Source of the DNA: Trypanosoma brucei
Taxonomy: Eukaryota
DNA length: 64,000 nt
Assembly: GCA_000002445.1 (NCBI GenBank)
Contig: CP000070.1
Coordinates: 2,141,234-2,205,233 of the forward strand
Reading direction: 5' to 3'
The translations under genes were made by a program, and so were the position numbers. Below are positions 24,935 to 35,808 of the stretch, in pieces. How positions within the stretch are numbered: position 1 is the stretch's first letter; each line of letters begins with the position of its first letter. The notes below the pieces were generated by a model. The model had not been told where the DNA came from. It did no database searches and saw only the letters and a program-made list of their open reading frames with translations.

Positions 24935-27900
24935 TGTGCGCCCAGGGACAAATGTCTCCCGCACTTGGAATGGAACAGAAACCAAAGGGAGTGCCGTAAA
25001 ATGGGAGGAGGACAACCCTGGCGAAGAGTTGATTAGTTTCCCCCACGCATGCACGTAAGGAGTAGCGAGGAATTGTCTGGTCTCGGCGACTCGTCGGGGT
25101 GACACGGCGAAAGCAAATGCAATTGCTCGCTTGTGTACGCGCACATCTGTGGGTGCTGTGCGCCAAGAGGCACGTTCTAGGTCTGACATTTTGATTTTTT
25201 TTTTCATATGTGTGTGAAAGTGGGAATAGTTGTCTGTGCCAACTTTCGTTCTCGCTCACTTTACTGTGTGTGTGTGTGTGTTTTCACTTTTTTTTTGTTA
25301 ATTTTGCTTGGGGTGAGGGGGGGACGTCCTGCCGTCTACCCCACTACCCTTGTGAAGAATCTTGTTGGTAACAGTGAGGTTCAACTAGGCGGCTCCGCGC
25401 CATGTGCGCTTGCCAGAAGACAAGTAGATAATGTAAAGTGGGAAGTTCTTTTGCTTCTATGTGTGAGTTTGGGGACTAATTGTGAGTCTGTTGCTGGTTA
25501 GCTCGCGTATGAAACAGAGAATGTGGTGATTTCATGCAAACCAACAGCCGTGGTTTCGCCGCATTGGCCTAGCGCCGCTGTTCCCCCATATTCTCCCTCC
25601 CCGTTCCACTGTGCAAACCTTTGTTGCCCTTTTCCTCCTGCGTGCTTACACCCCAGGTTACCCCCTGGAGAGCGAGATTAGCAGCAGTTGGAAGTACTCT
25701 ATTTGACCAAACACTTGTTGAGTGATGTTACAGGCAAAACGCGACGTCGATCCGTAAGGACGTGCATCAACTACTTTCACGAACCCCACCGCTCGTTGTT
25801 TGTCCACTGTGTACCACCTCCTGCTTATAGTATAGTTGATATGTTTCTGTTATGCGGACAATGCAATATGATTTGTGCCAGCCCCTCGATTGGTGCGAGA
25901 GCATTTGGGGCACACTAAAACACAAGAACGTTACAAGTGAGTTGTGTGCATCCGATTTGGGCTGCTGGTGTGTGGTGCACCCGTTCCTCCAATGTCTCGT
26001 GCAATCGGCTGCGCTCTTTATCTTTATGGGCTCTGTCAAAAAGAGAGACGTTCCGTCGTGAATGCCTTATGCCTGGATGTACAGTCATACGTCCCGAGAT
26101 GCGCACGCATGGTACTTCCACAGTCTCCATTGTAAATGAGACACAGCGGTTGGGATTAATCGCCGAAGGTGGGACGGATTACTTCTTTTCCGTGATTGTG
26201 CATTAAACCTGAGTGCAGAGGGTTAGGATGCCGCTGCCTACGCCGGTCACTCTTAGGAAACTTGGGCGGACCACCTGACAATTTCTGCGGGTGACTGTCG
26301 AGGCCGCTGACCGCAGCCTCGTTGTCGAAAAAAATATGTACCCCATAAAGCAAGCAGCCTCTGTCCGTATCTCGGAGGATAACAGTCCGATTGGGATCAG
26401 TGGCGGCGGGTGGGAGTTGGTTGCCAAAATGGTGTGAATCCTCCCCCTGTGGTGACCACACTTCTGGAAAGTCGATAATGTGGGGTGACATTCTTGGAGT
26501 GTGTGTGTGTGTGTGTGGTTGGCTATAGATCTTTATACTGCTTCCCTGCGGATGGGTGTTGAACATCGGTTTTTTGGAGGACGTGTATCACCGGCACGAT
26601 TTCATACCCGGTCGGTAGGAGCTGAAGAATTTGGTATTTGTGAGGCAATAATATTTGCTCCACATGGGATTCGGATGTTAGTTTTGCCGCACGAATACTC
26701 CTTACTTTTGAGGACCTTCGCAATGTTAATATTGTGTTGTCGCATGAGGGGGGGGGTTAAACTTTGGCTAAGTTTCCTGTTTCACCTATTCCGTTGTCCG
26801 GACTCGAATATGTATTTGTGGTGTGTATGCGCGTGATGCAATGGCTGAGAGAAACTGCAAACCTACACAAACGCATATATATATATATATATATATACGT
26901 AATAAAGCGCTTTCATTGTCCCTCTCCTCGATCTGATGGAACTTGGATTTCTCAGAGGCACAAAACGGAGAAGGAAGCTACTTGTGTTTCCGATCTAAGC
27001 TATTTACTTCAAATTGTCTTCGTTATAGGGGAGTGGAGTTCTCAGGAACGTGTGCGATGGCGTGTCCGTTCGACACCAGCAATTTTCTTTTTGTTTGGTC
27101 GTCTTAATTTTGATGAGACCTGATGGATCTTATCACAAGGTCTTACCGCGTTTTCCCATAGGCGGGATCTTTCATGAGCACCGGCCACGATTCCCAAGCG
27201 GTTGCTGCCATCTGGATGAGAGGGGGCGGTGGGATTGTGGTTTATTAATTGATGAGGAGGTTGGTTTTATCCAATGCCATCGTCCTCGGAAGAAAAGCAA
27301 TGTGTGCCTGAAACTAACAACGCCTCTAGGCGGTGTTCGAGAGGGGGTAACTGGGTGTTGTGTCACCTCCCGCCACCGATGGGGTGTGCCTTGCATATCA
27401 GATCCAACTATTGGGATGCTGTTGTCACGAACGGCACATAATCTGCAAGCGTACAGCTCATGCATCTATATATACACGTTGTGTGTACTGTTATTACCCT
27501 TTTTGCTGCACAAACATATGTCGTGCTCTAGCTGCCTCGCACTTCAAGGAAGGGAAGGCAATTAGTATATAAGAAAGGGGGATGCTGCAGAACCAGCAGT
27601 CCGAAAATGAGTGGTGGGAATTGAATAGTCTCCCGCAGGACAACACGGGAAATCAACCGCCTGTTGATGGCCATCATTGTCCCATGACGAGGCCGCGAGA
27701 AGGGGAGGAAGACATTAGAGCGCAACCGCCGTCACATCGCCAGAAGACTGAGGGCAATGAGCAACCTCGATGGAAGATGAGCTACGGTGAGGGGGATGCA
27801 TCACTAACGAAGTGGCTGCGGCGGTTTGCGTAAGGTGGAACCGCGTGTTTCCCCCCTAAAGTCCCCTCACGATGCGTGGGTACGTTTGGCATACCTTCTT

Positions 27901-30900
27901 TTTGTTTTGATTGAGCAATCCTCCCCAGGGGCGAGGGTGGAGGAGAATATGAGAAACCGGGCGTAAAAGATCTCCATGTGGGGGTTTCCCCTCCCCCGAC
28001 CTTTTGGGAGTCGCCGCACCGACCGGTACGATTCATTTACCAAACGAAGGCAGTGGACCATTATCCTCGAGCAGTTAGGCGCTGCATGTCGATGGGGGGG
28101 GGGCGAAGACGGAGTACTCGGAGCTGAAGAGTGAAAAAACGAAGTTGTGGACGCGCTTTCGTGTAAAAAGTGATGCGAAGCCACATAGCGGTGTTACAAG
28201 CTCCAGGGCATGTTCCTCTGAAGGAAGGTGATGATGAGGCTCCCTTGACACATAGAGATTAGGGGTGGGGTTTTTTATATCAATAGAAATTCAGATGAAG
28301 TTGGACGACACGCTTCCATGTGGCAGCATAACTGGAAATGTGGAAGCCACATCACGAGCCGGTTCGCTGCGCATGGGATTATGAATTCCCCTTGAGAAAT
28401 CGCGTGCCAACTTCGCGATGTTAGCGACATTTTGGGTTTCAGAGATATGAGGGAGTCTGGGGGGATATGATGAGGGTGCAATCCGCCATTTGGGCTCACC
28501 ACAACGAACAGGGTGACTTCTTCTAGTTTTTTTTTGTTATTGAAAGACTGGGGACTAGAAGGTGGTGTGTCGTTGGCTCGTCTCTGCTTCACTAATTTTT
28601 GCGTTACGAGTCGTAGGAGGGGCGCGCGGCTGCATTCCTTGCGAAGGTGAAAGTGTTTATTATCTATCTTCCGGAGGATGATCATCATGGCAGGGTTAAA
28701 TGCCATAATGGTCTGGACATCCATAGGAATTTTAACTATGGTGTCAGAAGAAGGCTTGGAGCGGCGTGCAACATTTGATATGGCGGACAATATTTGAACC
28801 ATTCATGGGTGTACTCGGATAATGTTGCGTTACCGTGGTAGTGGTGACAAGTGGAGGAAAAAAAAAATTAACACGGAACGATTTATACGCGCGGTGTAGA
28901 GACGCTTTCGGGTTAGCTGTGGTGGTGGGCACAGTTCAAAGACATTTACTGCGTGGTATGTACCTTGAAGGTTTTCCCCTTGGGTAGAAGGAAAAATGAA
29001 ACAAATGGAAGGGAAAGAGAGAGCACTGCCAACCTCATAGAATATTAATAGCGGGCGGGATGTGTCCGGAGATCACTTTTGATGTGTCTGGGGGCGGGGG
29101 GGAAGGAGAGGGCAACAGCGATGTGGGGATTAAGGAAGCAGGGAAGGGATCAAACTTCTCCTTAGGAGCGCATGAGGCAATTCCATGTGCAACTTCGAGG
29201 CAAACTCGCTACCGTCTTCGTCGACGCAATGATACGAAATCCATCATTCTGTGAAGGGAAAGAGAGCCAAGAAAATTTGTTTGAGTGTTTAACTGCAGAG
29301 ATGTAAGCGACCATTTGTAATTAAATAAATCATGGGAAGTGACGTATGAAGATGCCACTGAGCCGTTGTTTCCCCATTTGTGATGGATGAGATGGTGAAG
29401 AATGGGGCGCGACATGTTTCGGTGTCCTACTTCAGTATCTTTGGTGTGTTTTTGGGTGCAATGGAAATTTCGTTATCGTTTACGTTTCTGATAAGGTTTT
29501 TGCATTACTTGGGCGCACTCAGAAGGACCCTTTCAACAGGATCATCTTGTGATGTGGCAGCTGGTTAACGCGTTGCTCACATCGGCTTGCACTTTAAAAT
29601 ATTCTGCTCTACATTTTTTCATGGACATTTCTCCCGCACGTTGCCGGTATATCGTTTAGTTGCCTACTGATGCAACCGCATTATTAACGTTTGGACCAAG
29701 CGCACTTTCGGATATCTTGTTGCTCTTTTCTTTTCCCGCTTCTCCATGTCTCTTCTTTGTTCCTGCTTCCAAACCTTGATGATGATCGAAAATTCCTTTC
29801 ATGTCACCTCCGTTGGTAACCGCGTTGCACTCTGAAGCAGCCTTAATTCCTGTTTATTTTGTCGTTTTGCGGTGACTGTGCGATCTGCTCATCATCCCTT
29901 CACTGCTTATATGTGAGTCTGATGAGCGCAAGGCCTGCGACAAAGAATTTCTGTGAAAGGGACAGTGATGGGTTGCATATGTTTGTGGTGTTGTTTACGG
30001 CTGTTCTGTGGCAACGTATAGAGGAAGCGGAACTAGTAGAGTTGCGTGTACATTCACTTTTGCTTAAATGCATGGCATATGACACCTCGTTGCATCCTTC
30101 ATCGTTTAGTTTGACTCACTAGCTGTCATTCCTTCATGCCACGCCCATTCACTTTTGAAAATGCATTTATCTGACTGCCACAACCCTCTGCGAGTTCTGC
30201 TGCACAGTTACTCATTCTGCCACATGTCACCGGCGATAAAGGCTTTCTTTTTTTCTTTTTTTACCTTTTATTTATTTCTTCCGTGTACACAATGAATGTC
30301 TCTGTGTGTGTGAGGATGGGGCTAGAAAGGTTGACCCCGTGGTACAAAAGATTTTGTCGTTGATTTTATTTAAGTTGGCTGCTGAGAGGACGGAAATCGA
30401 GCTCCTCAGAGGTTACAGTTTCCCGCTGAGTGTGCTTGGAGAAGTCTTTACAACGAGATGCAGCAGTGACAGCACAGTTAAGCACTTATAATTTCAGTGA
30501 ACCTGAAGGGAGAAAAAAAAAAAAGAAAACATGACAACTGCAATACCGAAGAGCGAAGGATCCACTGTCTTCTTCAGCGGGGAAGTGGACGAGCCGCGTA
30601 CAAGCGTGATGGACGCACGACCTTAGCACCTCATGCAGGATAAAGGGTGGTAAAAATGCATATGTACGCGTGCATAAGCGTGTGCATGTTTTTTTTTCCT
30701 TTCACGCACATTTGCAGCGCGAAGTGTGCAAGATCCTGCCGGGTCATTGGCCTGTTTTTGTTAGGCGTACAACCCCACACATTTGTTTTTTTCGCTGAAC
30801 CATGCGCTGCTGCTTGCAACTGCATTGATTCCACACGGAACTTTTAATGGATAATATATATATATATATATGTTGCGTTTCCTTGTGACTCGTATGGGTT

Positions 30901-32599
30901 ACTTTTGTGGCATCGATTGCACAACGCTTTTAGTCACGAATCCGGCGCGCTTCTCGTGCGGAGATAATCTTTTAGCGTGGGACCCATTTTAACGCACACT
31001 TAATGGATCTTGGAAACATTACGCATATAAGAGCCGTTGGGACACTCTCTGCGAATATCATTGCAACGGAGGTTGGATGGCTGACAAAGACGTTAGATGT
31101 GACGTACGCCAATATGTACTCGGTGATGCGTGTGGATTATTGCGGCCTGTCCGTGCAATTTTGCGGTAAAGTTACTTGCGACTCGTGGACTGGTGCGTGT
31201 TTGGGATGTGGAGTTGAAGTCGCTTTCAAACAGAGAATATTTTTGATCAGGCTCTGGCGGAAGCTGCCAAGTTTGTCGAATGGGGGGGGGGGGGAGAATC
31301 GGGACACTTTGCGCTTAGGTTTGATTCCAATAAAATCGCGTTGTAAATAGGGTTGGGAATGCAAGGGGAGCTAATATTTTGCGGTCAAGTTGAGGGGGAT
31401 GGGAACAAAATGATGGGAAGCGTTAGGACGAATGAGTTTCAGGGTAAGGAAGGAGGAGAATGTGTTATTTCTTTGGTTTCCGCTGGGGGGGGGTTGAGTT
31501 TGAGTGGACGTGAGAGCGGCTGAGTTGTTTTGCCGTAGACGTGCTTCCAACTCCCTTAACTAAGGGGGCCATGGCTGGAACTAGGGTGCATATTTATAAC
31601 GAATGGGTGGATGGAGCTAGTGGAGATAAACTATAGGATAAAAATAGTGACTTGGCGAGTATCGTAACTTTTTTACTCGTTGTCTTTCAGTGGCCCGATC
31701 ATCAGAGTTTTTCTCAGAAAGATCCCGTTCTAACTCGAAGCTTCGTGATACGGTACGGCATCAGTTAGCAGTGGATGGGGAGGCCATGCAAACACACCAA
31801 AGTGAAGAGGGGAGTGCCACTGGATTGTTGGGGTGATGGTTGCATTTTTGCCCTCCACGTATTATTGTTTACGTGTTTAATGTCGAAACCACCGTTCCAG
31901 GAGTAAAAAAAAAGGGTTTGTCTTAAGTTCCCGTTTCTACCTGCACAACGCTCCCCCTCTTCCAACAAATTGCGTATTTTTGGAATTATACAGAAACGAC
32001 GCAGTAATCATGTCATTTTTCTCTCGCAGTGATTGACAGACCAATATCCCACCCTATCCCGTGTAAATATGTCCGCCCAGCTCCGTGAGATGGCTGGCTT
32101 TTAGGGAGTGAACAGATGGTTGCGTTGCTTGAAGTTTTTTTTTTTTTCCACCCATCGTCCTGTACATTCACTGATACCGATACACAAACCGTAAACAGCG
32201 TAACCTCCGAGGCACATTGCACGATGGATCTGAATTAGCATCATTATATGATACTTAATTTTGCCGGCCAAAGGGGAGGATGCTGCACTGTTTACGGCTT
32301 GGGTATCGGTATCTGGTTGCTCCCCATTCCCCACTAAAATACGATTTCCCTCCCCCCCCCCCCCGTATATCGGATACATAAACAGTAATTCGCTGTTGGT
32401 TATTACGTTATTGCCCTTACTTTCTGTCATACGTTGCTGCCGCGAGTACAAGTTTAGCGTGTCTATCCTCTCGTGCCTTTTCTCTTCACATCCTCATAGG
32501 GACTTTGCAGCACCCGCGTGTCTGAATAATCATAAATAACATTATCTTCATTATTATTTTTTGGCGTCTTCTTATTGATATTTTCATCGACAGGTGCTA

Positions 32600-33562
32600 A
32601 TGAATCACACTTCGATTCCAGTTATTGATGTGAGCCCTCTGTTTCGTGAAGGTGAACATCGGGTAATGGACGTTGCCCAACAAATTGACTGGGCTTGCAG
32701 GACGTGGGGTTTCTTTCATGTCGTGGGGCATCCCATTTCCCCTGAACGGATTGGAAAGTTGATGGAAATGGCCAAAACGTTCTTCTCGCTTCCACTGGAA
32801 GAGAAACTTAAAATTAACATTCAAAAGAGCAAACATCATCGCGGCTACGGGTGCCTTAATGCGGAGAATGTTGACCCAACGAAGCCATTTGACTGCAAGG
32901 AAACATTTGATATGGGCTGCCACCTCCCTGAGGATCACCCCGATGTCGCAGCTGGGAAACCGTTGCGTGGACCGAACAATCACCCCACGCAAGTGGGGGG
33001 TTGGATGGAATTAATGGAAACACACTATCGCGATATGCGGGACTTTGCCCTCGTTATTCTTCGTGCCCTTGCACTCGCTATTGGCTTAAGGAAAGACTTT
33101 TTCGACAATAAGTTTGATGAGCCATTGAGTGTGTTCCGCATGGTGCATTACCCCGCACAAAAGGAGGGGTCGCGCCATCCTCTTGTTTGTGGTGAGCATA
33201 CGGATTATGGTATTATTACATTACTCTACCAAGATTCGGTGGGCGGACTGCAGTTGCGCAATCTGTCAGATGAGTGGGTGGATGTGGAACCCATCGAAGG
33301 AAGTTTTGTTGTGAATATTGGGGACATGATGAATATGTGGAGTAATGGCCGTTACCGTTCTACTGCGCATCGCGTTCGCTTAACCACAACGGATCGCTAC
33401 TCCATGCCATATTTCTGCGAGCCCGATCCTTATACTCTTATTGAATGCCTTGATCATTGTCATTCGCCAAGCAATCCTCCCAAATATCCACCAGTCCGTG
33501 CTGTGGATTGGTTGCTGAAGCGTTTCGAGGAAACATATGCCCATCGCAAGGCAAATATGTGA
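32600..33562 (+). CDS. 2-oxoglutarate/Fe(II)-dependent dioxygenase, plant-like DOXC/IPNS class, 320 aa
   Basis: HxD...H iron triad (HTDYGIITLL ... STAHRV) and the RxS 2OG-binding motif within NIGDMMNMWSNGRYRSTAHRV, compared with ACC-oxidase [21 protein letters not shown]. True ATG at 32600 (the ORF track begins at a GTG, 32594). A polypyrimidine tract (32546..32580) and an AG at 32592-32593 lie immediately upstream. Confidence 0.85.
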   Translation: MNHTSIPVIDVSPLFREGEHRVMDVAQQIDWACRTWGFFHVVGHPISPERIGKLMEMAKTFFSLPLEEKLKINIQKSKHHRGYGCLNAENVDPTKPFDCKETFDMGCHLPEDHPDVAAGKPLRGPNNHPTQVGGWMELMETHYRDMRDFALVILRALALAIGLRKDFFDNKFDEPLSVFRMVHYPAQKEGSRHPLVCGEHTDYGIITLLYQDSVGGLQLRNLSDEWVDVEPIEGSFVVNIGDMMNMWSNGRYRSTAHRVRLTTTDRYSMPYFCEPDPYTLIECLDHCHSPSNPPKYPPVRAVDWLLKRFEETYAHRKANM

Positions 33563-35109
33563 AGGGGCGCCAGTGAGTGTATCCCTTACGCGTCTATGCG
33601 CTGCGGTGCCATGGCGTTGGTCAATATGGTTACATGAGTGCCGTGTAGGACGATGCCAGTGTGAGCCAGCGGGATGCTATAAGAATTTGCGTAGCATCTT
33701 GCGCTTCAAAGGAAAAGAAAAGGAGGTGAAAAAGATGGTGGCTCGTGGGTCACTTTTCAACTTCTTTCGTCTTAATTTAAAACATAGGGGGTTTGCTGTA
33801 AGGCTCATCCTTTCCTTTCTTCCCTTCACCACTTTTTCTCCCACTTTATTTACTTATACTTTTTTTTCCTTTTTCAAAATGGGAATAACTTTACTGCAGC
33901 GGTTGTTAACGGATTTCAGATGAACGGGGGAGGCGCGGTGTTGTGTCTTGGTTTTGATGTCTGTTCGCACTTTGGAAGGATAAAGGCACAAAGAAAAAAA
34001 AGGGGGACGATAACATTATTATTGCCTTACTTCTTCCTTAAACACCTTTCGGCTATTCTGTTTTGCTACTGTTGTTGTTGTTGTTGTTGTTTTTGTCAGT
34101 GGTTCTTTGTGGAGCACTCTGGGAGCCCTTTCGTCTAGGGCGGACTCCTTTGCCTTCATCCAGATGTTCTTGCGGGGTGTTCTCTAACATAAAGAAGAGG
34201 AAATAGTAATAGTATGAGAGGGTGGTGGTGGAGGGAAAGGATCTCATCGCTAACGATGACTGTAAGGTTGGTTCGGTAAGTTGTGCGTGCGCAACGCGTG
34301 TCATCATGCAGCATTCAGCCCTCAGATATGTATTGCTCGGTTCGTTGTCCAATGCCATCTTTTAAAAAGATGTGTGTGTGTGTGTGTGCTTCTCGTGTGA
34401 TGGAAGCGCTGGTTTGCGCTTTGCCTACTTCGGCCCCATCGGATTCTTACATGCGTGTGGTGCGGGGGGAGGGGAGACGTTTTAGCGCTGTGCATCAGCA
34501 CCTTTTAGGAATGTCAAATGCATCCAGCCGCTGGCAAAACTGAGGTTGTGTTTCGTATTTCTGGTCACACGATAACTGCACATGTCGCATTCCACACATC
34601 AGTTACTTGTTTTGTTTTTTTTTTTCGTCAACCGGTCACGTAATGATCGCTCGTGTAAGGCTGTGGTGCCCAGCGAAACTACTCCCGAGACTGCTATGGC
34701 GGCCGGCGTTTATGCCCGCTTTAGTTTGCGTGAGAAGCGCCATCTGTGTGGAATGGTGGGTCTGCGGTGCTAAGCATATACAAGCCCAATTTTGTGTGTG
34801 TGTTTCCGGGAGTTTGGTAGTGAGGAACTGTTTTTTTTTTTCCCTCTCATTTCCCGTAACATACGACCCGGATCATTTTTTTTTCTTTTTTTGCATGTGG
34901 GGAGGGGTGACTTTCGTGCACAAGTGGGGAAGCACACTGAGTTTGCTGAGAGCGCCAGTCGTCTGCGCACAAGCAGACGTGGGTGTCGGCCAAAACTGAT
35001 GTGCCACCATTATGAGAAACTATGAGTTGTATTGTAAAGGCGTAACTGCCGTCTCCTCTTTTTTCTTCCCATGTTTGAAGAGACTTCGAACAGCAAGTGG
35101 CAGAGTTGC

Positions 35110-35808
35110 ATGGAAATGGAGCAGGCTCCAGCGGTGGTAATATTCAGGCTTCTCACCGCGCTGATTTGCGCATCGAACATTGCAGTTGAGGCTTTCAATG
35201 TCGAGGGAGGTGTGAAGGATTTGAAAGAAGCAAATACGATGGTAAGGCACGGGATCCAGTTGGAGAGAATATCAGAGGACATCGCAAAATGTCTGAAGCA
35301 CGATAAGGAAGACCCTGAAGGTTGGGAAAAGGCTTGCAATCTCGCTGAGGAAGCGCTGGATATGCTTAAAAGAATAGCTGGCGAGCTTAATGGACCAAGG
35401 GGAAATGTGGCTGAAAAGCCAGAAGCAAAACAGGGACATAGTGAGAAGATAACTGGAGGTTGGAGAGATTGGAGGAGGGAATCAATAAAACCAAGAATAG
35501 GTGTAAATGGCTCTTCCCCAACCGCAATGGGGACGACTGAGATGTATGTTTCGGTTGTGAAAGTATGTGTGGAAGGAGGTGGTGTGACAAGCATATGTTT
35601 AGTTGGTAGTGCCTCCAGCGTTAAACCTAACAGCAAGGATCTTCAGTTTGATTTTGATGCGTGTGTCCAGCACTGGATAGATATTATAGGTGAATGTGGA
35701 GATCCTACGATTATGGGTATGTCAACACTGCCTGGTGGCGATGCAACAAAAGGGGACCGTCAGAAACAAAAAGAAGAGAACCACACTCTTCAAACTCCTT
35801 CCTCCTAG
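35110..35808 (+). CDS. Hypothetical protein with a predicted N-terminal signal peptide, about 232 aa
   Basis: The ORF at 35071..35808 is in the sense orientation of the plus-strand block. The internal ATG at 35110 gives MEMEQAPAVVIFRLLTALICASNIAVEA, a signal-peptide-like start. No recognisable domain. It is overlapped by a low-complexity antisense ORF, which was rejected. Confidence 0.4.
   Translation: MEMEQAPAVVIFRLLTALICASNIAVEAFNVEGGVKDLKEANTMVRHGIQLERISEDIAKCLKHDKEDPEGWEKACNLAEEALDMLKRIAGELNGPRGNVAEKPEAKQGHSEKITGGWRDWRRESIKPRIGVNGSSPTAMGTTEMYVSVVKVCVEGGGVTSICLVGSASSVKPNSKDLQFDFDACVQHWIDIIGECGDPTIMGMSTLPGGDATKGDRQKQKEENHTLQTPSS

Noticed and set aside
35010-35636. 208-aa minus-strand ORF
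   Set aside because: It is antisense to the 35110..35808 signal-peptide gene, low-complexity (S/P/L-rich), and in the wrong orientation for the plus-strand block.
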